This document shows positions 16,876-24,573 of a stretch of 59,628 nucleotides of DNA, piece after piece. Made by a program: the position numbers and the translations under genes. This DNA is from Deltaproteobacteria bacterium (GTDB lineage: Bacteria > Desulfobacterota > Dissulfuribacteria > Dissulfuribacterales > QOAL01), in assembly GCA_015489365.1 (NCBI GenBank), contig WFZW01000189.1:1-59628 (forward strand). The letters are read 5' to 3'. How positions within the stretch are numbered: the stretch's first letter is position 1; every line of letters starts with the position of its first letter. The notes below the pieces were generated by a model. That model did no database searches, was not told the origin of the DNA, and saw only the letters and a program-made list of their open reading frames with translations.

Positions 16876-17926
16876 TGATCATTATCCTTCGATGTTTTCG
16901 GAAGATATAACAAAAGACAGGTCCTCCGATGAGGGCTGTAAGCACGCCAATTGGAATCTCATGGGGAAGAATGGCCCGGGTTAGCGTATCCGCAAATAGG
17001 AGTAGGCTTCCACCCAACAGGGCGGATGAAGGGATCAAAACCCGGTTATCCGGACCCACCACGAAACGCATCAGGTGTGGAACAACCAGGCCTACGAAGC
17101 CAATGATGCCGGATACAGCCACGCAGCCCGCTGCAATCAGGGATGCCGCAACGAGGAGTGCTACTCGGACCTTGCTGGCCTGAACACCAAGGGAGATGGC
17201 AATCTTGTCGCCTAGGGCCATGACGTTTAGATCACGGGCGAAGTATAGACAAAAAAGGCCCCCAACCGTCACGATCCCAAGGGTCAAAAAGACGTCGATC
17301 CAGGTGCGAGAATTGAAGCTTCCAAGGAGCCAGAAGATAATGACACTGACCTGCTCATCCGCCACGTATTTAATGAAGCTGATACCTGCCGATAGGATGG
17401 TCGCCACGATGATGCCAGCTAGTATAAGGTTGTTTGAGGCAATCCTCCCATCGAATGAGGATATGGATAATACAAAAAGCAGGGTCGACAGGGCCCCCAC
17501 AAAGGCAAAAAGCGGTATGGTATAGACCCCAAGAATGGGAAGTTCAAGCAACAGGGCAATGGCAGCCCCGAAGGCTGCCCCGGCTGAAACGCCAAGGGTA
17601 TAGGGATCGGCCAGGGGATTTAGAAGAATGCCCTGGAAGATGACGCCAGAGATAGAAAGACCCGCTCCAACGATGGCAGCAGTAAGGATGCGTGGCAGGC
17701 GTACCTGCCATACAACATAGGGAAAGACCTTATCAAGACCATCAAGATGGTGCCAGTTACCGGTTAGCCTAGAAATAATGATCTCGGCCACAGCAAAGGG
17801 CTTGATGTGAATATACCCCATTCCTGTTGAGATTAGGATCATGGCTCCCAGGAGAATAGAAAGGATGAGAAGAACGAGGACGTTCCGTTTCTTGCACAGG
17901 ACGTCCCCTTGTTCATGTTGCACCAT
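16868..17926 (-). CDS. FecCD/BtuC-family ABC permease
   Basis: 352 aa polytopic protein with a typical FecCD layout (…RLPRILTAAIVGAGLSISG…). Confidence 0.9.
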   Translation of the reverse strand: MVQHEQGDVLCKKRNVLVLLILSILLGAMILISTGMGYIHIKPFAVAEIIISRLTGNWHHLDGLDKVFPYVVWQVRLPRILTAAIVGAGLSISGVIFQGILLNPLADPYTLGVSAGAAFGAAIALLLELPILGVYTIPLFAFVGALSTLLFVLSISSFDGRIASNNLILAGIIVATILSAGISFIKYVADEQVSVIIFWLLGSFNSRTWIDVFLTLGIVTVGGLFCLYFARDLNVMALGDKIAISLGVQASKVRVALLVAASLIAAGCVAVSGIIGFVGLVVPHLMRFVVGPDNRVLIPSSALLGGSLLLFADTLTRAILPHEIPIGVLTALIGGPVFCYIFRKHRRIMING

Positions 17927-17932
17927 GGGGTT

Positions 17933-18901
17933 CTAAAATATCAAGTCGTTATCCTTGGCAACATCCTTGATATGTTGCACATAGATTCGAGCCCAGGCAC
18001 GGTTTTCACCCAGGCCGTGAATTATCGGTATTACCTGGATGCCAAGCCTTTTAATGGTGTTTTTCCAGGAATCCCTATCGGGTCCTGCCATGTCGTTGTT
18101 GGCATGATCTCCTGCCACAATCATCAAGGGTTTTAGAACGACCCTTTTGACCTTGGCCTGCTTCAAGGCTGTGACAACGTCGTCCAGAGAAGGGAATCCC
18201 TCCACTGTACCGATGAATATCTTCACGTCAGGATAGGTGCGCTGCATGACCTGCTGGAATTCGGCATAGATCCCCGTGCTGTAAAATTCATTCCCATGAC
18301 CCATGTACACCAAGGCAGCATGTTCCTTTCTTGCTAGGTCCACGTCTACCTTAAGGGTCTTGGCCGCCGTCTCCATATCCTTATGGTAGTCATGCACCGG
18401 TCCGTAGGTTCCAAGTGCAGGACGCCCCATGACCAGTTTCACAAAGGGCATGTACTTGACCTTTATGGTCTTGATGGCATTTAGCCCATTTACATAGGAA
18501 CAAAGATCGGCATATTCCTCGCCCGAATAGATGTGGCATGGCTGAACAATGATGGTTCGGTATCCCTCATCCTGCAAATCCGCAATGGTGGCTAGTGGTC
18601 CCTTGATGTTAAGAAATTCCTTCATGTCCCTTCCATGCTCTTTCATAAAGATAGCGTCATTTCTGCGTTTGTGCCAAACGTTGCGGATGATATTCGAGGT
18701 AAAGGCAATTCGCACCTCGATACCTGGGAATTCCTTTTCAACTTCGTTCTGAATCGTGGTGATCGCCTTAAGGGCAGAAAGATAGGTGGTACCGAAATCG
18801 GCCAGTACAATAGCCTTTTTATTTGGCATCTTCCCCATGGCAAAACCCATTGAACTGCTTGTTAAGATTAATAATATTAATAGAAAACATGTCTTCTTCA
18901 T
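17933..18901 (-). CDS. cbiK: Sirohydrochlorin cobaltochelatase CbiK with N-terminal signal peptide (periplasmic-type)
   Basis: I prefer the start at MKKTCFLLILLILTSSSMGFA (GGAGGA SD upstream). CbiK motifs present: FGTTY, VQPCHIYSGEEY, GHGNE, VAGDHANNDMAG. Confidence 0.85.
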   Translation of the reverse strand: MKKTCFLLILLILTSSSMGFAMGKMPNKKAIVLADFGTTYLSALKAITTIQNEVEKEFPGIEVRIAFTSNIIRNVWHKRRNDAIFMKEHGRDMKEFLNIKGPLATIADLQDEGYRTIIVQPCHIYSGEEYADLCSYVNGLNAIKTIKVKYMPFVKLVMGRPALGTYGPVHDYHKDMETAAKTLKVDVDLARKEHAALVYMGHGNEFYSTGIYAEFQQVMQRTYPDVKIFIGTVEGFPSLDDVVTALKQAKVKRVVLKPLMIVAGDHANNDMAGPDRDSWKNTIKRLGIQVIPIIHGLGENRAWARIYVQHIKDVAKDNDLIF

Positions 18902-19127
18902 CTTGTCCTCCATATTCATTTAAGGTCGAATTGGGACCCTTGACCAAGGATATGGATACCGCTGACCCTATGGTTACCTTCATTTTTTTTTCGATCTACT
19001 AGAAAGAAATTACCCATTGCCTTCCTTGGAACGATAGATTCCTTGTTACATGTCACGTAGAGACGGCCTAGTTTTCATGATTTCACCCCCCTTCCCCTAA
19101 TCCTTCCAATAAAATGTTTGCCCTTTA

Positions 19128-19207
19128 CCATGAAAATACAGAGTCTATGGGCTGTATCTTCATGCCAGGGAGTGCGGTACCAAGGTACGGGCCGCATGAA
19201 AGTTTGG
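19128..19207 (-). repeat. Intergenic repeat family, module 2 plus hairpin copy
   Basis: The reverse complement reads CCAAACTTTCATGCGGCCCGTACCTTGG...GGCATGAAGATACAGCCCATAGACTCTGTATTTTCATGG, near-identical to 19666-19748. Confidence 0.8.
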
Positions 19208-19232
19208 GGCAGAGAACCTGGCTATTCTAGGC

Positions 19233-19267
19233 AATAAAAAAGGCCCGGATCGCTTCCGACCCGAGCC
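19233..19267 (-). terminator. Intrinsic terminator (likely riboswitch expression platform)
   Basis: On the minus strand, GGCTCGGGTC-GGAAGC-GATCCGGGCC forms a 10-bp stem with two G-U pairs. It is followed by TTTTTTATT, about 75 nt downstream of the riboswitch aptamer. Confidence 0.7.
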
Positions 19268-19339
19268 TTGCCCGCAACACACTCTTGGTCCTATTGATCC
19301 TTTACTGGGCCCCACGCCAGTAAACAGATCCACAAGAAA

Positions 19340-19492
19340 CGATTTGAGGTATCCTGACTCGTGGTTCGTCCTACTATCCGCGCCTTCCCGTTATGCAGTG
19401 GCACTTCAGTGGCTCATGCGGATTTCGTCCCCACTCACAGTGGCGGGCCCGTCCTGGATTTTCACCAGGTTCCCTCAAAGCGTCTTATAAAG
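19340..19492 (-). promoter_or_regulatory. Cobalamin (B12) riboswitch aptamer
   Basis: The minus strand reads TTTGAGGGAACCTGGTGAAAATCCAGGACGGGCCCGCCACTGTGAG...GAGCCACTG...GGGAAGGCGCGG...AGTCAGGATACCTCAAA. This contains the conserved GGTGAAAATCC, CCCGCCACTGT and B12-box-like AGTCAGGATACCT, with a closing P1 helix TTTGAGG/CCTCAAA. Confidence 0.9.
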
Positions 19493-19665
19493 ATAACCTG
19501 TCTAGCCCCTGAAAAAAATCGTCCTTAATTGCACAATAATTGCATTTGAATTTCCCAAGGTTGTCTCAGGAGCCACTTGTTAAACTGTTTTTAAGTCTAT
19601 AAAATCTTGAAAAATAAAACATCCCTGGACTGCATCTATCTTCGGGGTGCACAAGTATAGATTTT

Positions 19666-19748
19666 AAACTTTTATGCAGTCCGTATCCTCCGTGCTGCAC
19701 CCCCAGGGCATGAAGATACAGCCCATATGGGTACTGTATTTTCACGGT
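19666..19748 (+). repeat. Intergenic repeat family, module 2 plus hairpin copy
   Basis: AAACTTTTATGCAGTCCGTATCC...CCCAGGGCATGAAGATACAGCCCATATGGGTACTGTATTTTCACGG is the inverted partner of 19128-19207. Confidence 0.8.
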
Positions 19749-19866
19749 AAAATTAATGATAATAAGAAATCATCTACTTGCCAAGTTTGCCGATAAGAAA
19801 GATAGCTTCTTGGCTAGATGGCCAAGGGTAATGGTCGATTACGGCCCAGACAGGAGGCACCTTTTT

Positions 19867-21108
19867 ATGTTGAGGTTTCAATTGGTTATCGTGTTTGTCC
19901 TGCTTATGATATGTATCATGTTCGTCCCTGGTAACGTTGGTGCCGGTCCCTACATGAACTCCGTTCATGGTTCCAGTATGGTAGGGGTAAACAGGTCGAG
20001 TATTGCTGGGGAGGGATATTCAAGGGGCAATTGCGCCCACTGTCATGAGCAACACGCCAGTATCAATGGGTCTGAGCCTTCGCCTTCAGGTAGCGCCCTC
20101 TGTGCCTTTGCCCTCTTTGCTGACAACTTCACTGGCGGCACGACCGGACCATACGCCCAGTCGGATGATTTTTGTTTCTTTTGCCATATAAATGTAGGGG
20201 CCGTACAGAGTGAAGGGGGTATTAACAACCGGCAATATGCAAACACCTTTGGGGGCTATACCACGGACAGCGCCACGGATATTATCGGGGCCTTTAATCT
20301 GAATTCATATCACAATCTCTACGACATAAAGCGCTTTGCCAAGACAAAATTCTCCTTTTTCAAGGATTCATCCAATCCGTGTGTTGCATGTCATAACCCC
20401 CACCTTGTAAAGAGAAATAAGACTAATCCCTCAAATCCCGCCTATACGGTCATCTCAAGGCCAAGTGATCATGGAAACCTGTGGGGTGACGACACAAACG
20501 AACGGATGGACAAGTATACCACCTATCGTTCCCCTCGCTTTTATGGTTCGAACAGTACCTATGAACCAGGCGGTGTAAGCACCAGGGATGGCTCCCTTAC
20601 CCCTGACTATGTAACCTTTTGTCTGGATTGCCACCAATATCAAGTACCTACTACTCAATCTGCCTCCATGAACCCCAATACACCTTCTGGCTATCTCACT
20701 GCCATAGACTGGAGTTCATCAGGGGATATGCACGGAGGCCGTGCAAGGAACTGGGGAATAAACGGGGAGGGCTCCGAAAGTTATACCTGTAGGGGCACGG
20801 TGATCGCTCCGTACAATACCTCACCGGTAGAGACAAACTATGTGCTTTCGTGCCTGGATTGCCATGAGCCCCATGGCTCGATCCTCACTACGACAGGCAG
20901 GCCTTCGACCTATTTATTGAGAAAGGAGATCAACAATCACAAGGTGGATGGATGCGGAAACGGGGAGGAGTATTTTTGCGAGCGTGATGGCCTGTGTTAT
21001 AGCTGCCATACGAATAACCATGCTGGCCCACAGGGATGTTTCGGCTGCCATTACCATGGGGCACGTGATGTAAACTGCGGAGGCCCAAGGTCAGGGCCTG
21101 ACTTCTAA
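19867..21108 (+). CDS. Multihaem c-type cytochrome (7 CXXCH), secreted or membrane-anchored
   Basis: Seven CXXCH motifs: CAHCH, CFFCH, CVACH, CLDCH, CLDCH, CYSCH, CFGCH. I prefer the ATG at 19867 (AGGAGG 9 nt upstream), which gives the signal peptide MLRFQLVIVFVLLMICIMFVPGNVGA. The track start at 19756 abuts a repeat copy. Confidence 0.85.
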   Translation: MLRFQLVIVFVLLMICIMFVPGNVGAGPYMNSVHGSSMVGVNRSSIAGEGYSRGNCAHCHEQHASINGSEPSPSGSALCAFALFADNFTGGTTGPYAQSDDFCFFCHINVGAVQSEGGINNRQYANTFGGYTTDSATDIIGAFNLNSYHNLYDIKRFAKTKFSFFKDSSNPCVACHNPHLVKRNKTNPSNPAYTVISRPSDHGNLWGDDTNERMDKYTTYRSPRFYGSNSTYEPGGVSTRDGSLTPDYVTFCLDCHQYQVPTTQSASMNPNTPSGYLTAIDWSSSGDMHGGRARNWGINGEGSESYTCRGTVIAPYNTSPVETNYVLSCLDCHEPHGSILTTTGRPSTYLLRKEINNHKVDGCGNGEEYFCERDGLCYSCHTNNHAGPQGCFGCHYHGARDVNCGGPRSGPDF

Positions 21109-21118
21109 GCCCTCTCTC

Positions 21119-21838
21119 TCATATGCTCGCGATCATACTGGCAACGGGTTCGACGTATTCCAGGGCCTCAAGGGGATGTTTAACCCTCTTTACAGGCCCA
21201 AATACCCTTACATGGCCAATGTCTGAGATGATCAGCCTGTTGTCTTCAACTATTCGTTTGTCCTCAAATTCTTTATCCATTTCTGCTTGGCTGTTTAATA
21301 TTACCCCGATAACAGGAATTTTTCTGTCCCTCAAAACGCTCAAGGTCAGAAGGGTATGATTCAGGGTTCCAAGTCCACTCCTTGCCACAACCAGGGTAGG
21401 GATCCGAAGCCTTGCCATCAGGTCTATCAATAAATACCGCCTTAAAAGGGGAACCATGACACCTCCCACCCCTTCGACAAGCAATATGTTACAGTTATCC
21501 CTTGCCCTTGCAAAACCCCTTTCAATGACGTGCTTATCAATTTGAATGCCATCGATTTCTGCAGCCAGATGGGGAGAGGATGGAAAGGAAAGGCGATAGC
21601 AGTCCTGGTCGAACAGGCGCAACGGGGTCCTTCCTTTTCCCTCATGCCAGTGGTCAAGGGCGACAGAATGGACAAATTGCATATCCTGGCAAACCTCGCT
21701 ATCCCCGGTACTGATCCATTTTTGTACCCCAACCGTGTATCCTTTATCCATCAGACAGGCAGTCAACAAGGCAGTTATGAATGTCTTGCCTATGCCGGTA
21801 TCCGTACCGGTTATGAAGATCGGTATATTTTTGTTCAT
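21119..21838 (-). CDS. bioD: Dethiobiotin synthase
   Basis: 239 aa with the N-terminal P-loop-like FITGTDTGIGKT. The ATGA overlaps the bioC stop. Confidence 0.85.
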   Translation of the reverse strand: MNKNIPIFITGTDTGIGKTFITALLTACLMDKGYTVGVQKWISTGDSEVCQDMQFVHSVALDHWHEGKGRTPLRLFDQDCYRLSFPSSPHLAAEIDGIQIDKHVIERGFARARDNCNILLVEGVGGVMVPLLRRYLLIDLMARLRIPTLVVARSGLGTLNHTLLTLSVLRDRKIPVIGVILNSQAEMDKEFEDKRIVEDNRLIISDIGHVRVFGPVKRVKHPLEALEYVEPVASMIASI

Positions 21839-22620
21839 GTAGGGCCCCTTCTTCCGCAGCAGATGAAGACCTCGTAGGTTATCTCTATCCTACCATATCT
21901 CCTCTTGAAGCAGTCTTCCAGTGCCTTGACCGAGTGTGGGGTCCTGATCAGGGGACCATGGCCGGTTCCAGGGGCCACGCCACTACCCTTGAGGGTCTTC
22001 AAAAGGGATAGCATATCATGGTATCTCCGTTTGATATGCAGTCGGTCAATTTTCCAATCTGGGAAGGTCGAGGTCATTATCCCCTCAAGCACCCTCTTTG
22101 AAGGAAAATTGTCGATGGGAAGCTCTCTACTTGCACCAAACGTTTCTTCAATTACCTTTTTAAGCTCCAAAAGACTTTGGCTCCCAAATATAGTGGCTGC
22201 AAACATCCCACTATGTGTCAAACAGCGGGAAAGTTGGCGCACGGTTTCGCCGAGTCGATTCAACCAATGCATTGCGCTGTTAGAGGTAATGATTTGGAAT
22301 TTACCAGACATACCTGCCATGTCTTCGATGTCCCCCTCGATTAAACGTATCCCTTTCCTGCTTTTCAGTTTCATGGCAGCACGGGCTAACATGGCACCCG
22401 AGATATCCACGGCAGTGATGGACGCCCTTGGAAAGGCATCGGCAATAAGAAGTGTATAGCCTCCTGTTCCACAGCCGATCTCGAGTATGGTTCTGGCATC
22501 CGGCAGGTCTTTTATTTCCTCGATGAGTCTTTGGGCAAGGCCTTCCTGTATCCGGGAATAGCGATCATAGCTTGCCGCTGCCCTTGAAAAGGCATCAGAT
22601 ATGTTCTTTTTCAGCAGCAA
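21835..22620 (-). CDS. bioC: Malonyl-ACP O-methyltransferase
   Basis: FSRAAASYDRYSRIQ, the SAM motif ILEIGCGTGGYT, and its operon position between the bioH-like gene and bioD. TTG start. Confidence 0.75.
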   Translation of the reverse strand: MLLKKNISDAFSRAAASYDRYSRIQEGLAQRLIEEIKDLPDARTILEIGCGTGGYTLLIADAFPRASITAVDISGAMLARAAMKLKSRKGIRLIEGDIEDMAGMSGKFQIITSNSAMHWLNRLGETVRQLSRCLTHSGMFAATIFGSQSLLELKKVIEETFGASRELPIDNFPSKRVLEGIMTSTFPDWKIDRLHIKRRYHDMLSLLKTLKGSGVAPGTGHGPLIRTPHSVKALEDCFKRRYGRIEITYEVFICCGRRGPT

Positions 22621-23335
22621 TGAGCCCCTCCTGTACCTCTGGAATAAGAAATGGAAGGTGGCCGGCTGTGGGGACTACCTTGAAATATACATTCCCTGGC
22701 AATGGTGGCAAATCATTCAAGGGGGCGATCATGTCCCTTTTACCATGGAATATCGAAACATATCTTATTTTGGGGAGAACATTTAAAAATGATGAATATA
22801 TCGTATGTTGTGACAAATACTTAAGGCCTAGAATAAGATCATCAAGGCCCCATAGGGCCAGCGTTTCAGGCTGGCATTCCCTGCAAAACCAGGCATGATC
22901 CTGCCTTTGACCTATAAAACACAGCCTGTGAAAATCCTTGAGCGCACGTTGTTTGTCAGAACGGAGGCTGGAGACCAAGGCATTTATTTCCTCTGGCCTA
23001 TAGCAGAATCTCAGGGAAAAAAGGAAGAGGTTGTCCACACGTTCGCCATAGGTCTTACAATATTCCAGGGCGCAAAGACCGCCCATGGACCATCCCAGTA
23101 TGGATATCCTATCTATGCCGCTTCGATCAAGAAAGCGTGCAAGCCCGCTGGTCACCGGCCCAGTAACTGGATGGAGGGGCACGATATAATCATAGGGCAG
23201 TTCAAGGGTTGAAAATATATTGGCGCTAAACCCCCAACCGGGGATCAATACCAAGGATCGACTAAACCCCCTTGGAATCGACATGAACATGTCCGATTCG
23301 GATACAGTGCAGGCTACAGGGCGTTGCGCCTTCAT
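22595..23335 (-). CDS. Alpha/beta hydrolase, pimeloyl-ACP methyl ester esterase (BioH-like)
   Basis: Nucleophile elbow GWSMGG and a late GHLPF motif. I prefer the ATG at 23335, which forms an ATGA overlap with the bioF stop. Confidence 0.7.
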   Translation of the reverse strand: MKAQRPVACTVSESDMFMSIPRGFSRSLVLIPGWGFSANIFSTLELPYDYIVPLHPVTGPVTSGLARFLDRSGIDRISILGWSMGGLCALEYCKTYGERVDNLFLFSLRFCYRPEEINALVSSLRSDKQRALKDFHRLCFIGQRQDHAWFCRECQPETLALWGLDDLILGLKYLSQHTIYSSFLNVLPKIRYVSIFHGKRDMIAPLNDLPPLPGNVYFKVVPTAGHLPFLIPEVQEGLIAAEKEHI

Positions 23336-24573
23336 GCCGCAGGATCCTTGGACAGGCATGAAGGCCTGGGTCCCATTGTATCCTTTAAGGATCGTGCAAT
23401 ACCCTTGGCCAGTCTTTCAAGGTCCTCTGATGTGTGGGCCGAACTAAGGGATATCCGAAGCCTAGCAGTATTGGGGGGGACCGTTGGGGGACGTACCGCC
23501 TTTACCATGAAGCCCATCTCAAACAAATTTTTCTCAATGGTCAATGCCTCCTTATTGCCCCCAATTATTACAGGTATGATCTGGGAGTTGCAGTTGATAT
23601 CTATCCCAGTGTATTGCCTGAGCAGTTGTCCGAACCTGGCGAAGGAATCCTTGAGCCTTTCTCTGTGCCATGATTCCCTGGAGGAAAGCTCAAGAGCGGC
23701 CAGATTGGCGCCAACCACTGGGGGCGGAAGTGCCGTTGAGAATATAAGGCTTCTGCATCGATTCACCAGGAATTCCTTGAGCACGGAGGTAATAGCGGCA
23801 AAGGCCCCATAACCAGCAAACGCCTTCCCAAAGGTACCTATCATGATATCCACGTCTGCCGCAAGCTTCCTTGTCACAAGCCCTTCCCCATGTCTTCCAA
23901 ATATGCCGGTAGCATGGGCCTCGTCTACCATCAACATGGCGTCGTGTTTATACTTCAGGTAGATGAGATCCTCAAGAGGAGCCATGTCACCATCCATGCT
24001 GAAGAGGCTTTCGGTTATAATGAGGGCATTCCTGTAATGGCCACGGTACCTTCCTAGAAGGGTCTCGAGATGTTCCATGTCATTGTGGTGGAATCTGAAA
24101 AATCTTGCCTTTGAAAGCAAGACACCATCCACGATGCTTGCATGGCTGAGACGATCCATGAACACACAGTCGCCCCTGCCACAAAGGGCTGGGATAATAC
24201 CGATGGCCGCAAGGTAACCACTTCCAAAGATCAGGGCATCCTGTGAATCTTTTAGGGACTTGACAGCCGATTCAAGTTGTAGGTGTATGCCTAGCCCCCC
24301 GCTCATGAGTCTTGATGCCCTGGCGCCAGTGCCCCAGGTATCCATTGCGGCAAGCGCGCCGTGGCGCAGGGCAGGATGACCAGAGAGACCAAGGTAGTCG
24401 TTCGAGGAAAAATCGACGAGGTCTCTGCCAGAGACACGTATATGCCTGCCATCGACCGCCTCAATTGCAACAAGCCTCCGCTGCAATCCATCCCTTGTAA
24501 GCCTATCTAGATACTTAGAAAGGGAAGGGAAAGGGATGTCTGTTACGTTCCTCCTAGACATGCGATGCTTCAT
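23332..24573 (-). CDS. bioF: 8-amino-7-oxononanoate synthase
   Basis: 413 aa with DFSSNDYLGL, VDEAHATG and the PLP lysine motif TFGKAFAG. Confidence 0.9.
   Translation of the reverse strand: MKHRMSRRNVTDIPFPSLSKYLDRLTRDGLQRRLVAIEAVDGRHIRVSGRDLVDFSSNDYLGLSGHPALRHGALAAMDTWGTGARASRLMSGGLGIHLQLESAVKSLKDSQDALIFGSGYLAAIGIIPALCGRGDCVFMDRLSHASIVDGVLLSKARFFRFHHNDMEHLETLLGRYRGHYRNALIITESLFSMDGDMAPLEDLIYLKYKHDAMLMVDEAHATGIFGRHGEGLVTRKLAADVDIMIGTFGKAFAGYGAFAAITSVLKEFLVNRCRSLIFSTALPPPVVGANLAALELSSRESWHRERLKDSFARFGQLLRQYTGIDINCNSQIIPVIIGGNKEALTIEKNLFEMGFMVKAVRPPTVPPNTARLRISLSSAHTSEDLERLAKGIARSLKDTMGPRPSCLSKDPAA

Noticed and set aside
19046-19078. 10-codon mini-ORF (MKTRPSLRDM) with a G-rich SD-like sequence in the cbiK leader
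   Set aside because: It is too short to evaluate and is plausibly chance. It cannot be supported without conservation data.
19789-19796. A second perfect GCCGATAA (sigma-28 -10 box), 71 nt upstream of the cytochrome start
   Set aside because: There is no TAAA-like -35 at 15-16 nt. About 1.8 chance occurrences of an 8-mer are expected in this window, and there is no flagellar context.
21905-22459. 184-aa plus-strand ORF inside bioC. Similar long antisense ORFs occur at 31494-32645, 51120-51701 and 53819-54442.
   Set aside because: These are shadow ORFs opposite well-supported genes (bioC, the SpmAB-like gene, hrpA). No recognisable motifs.
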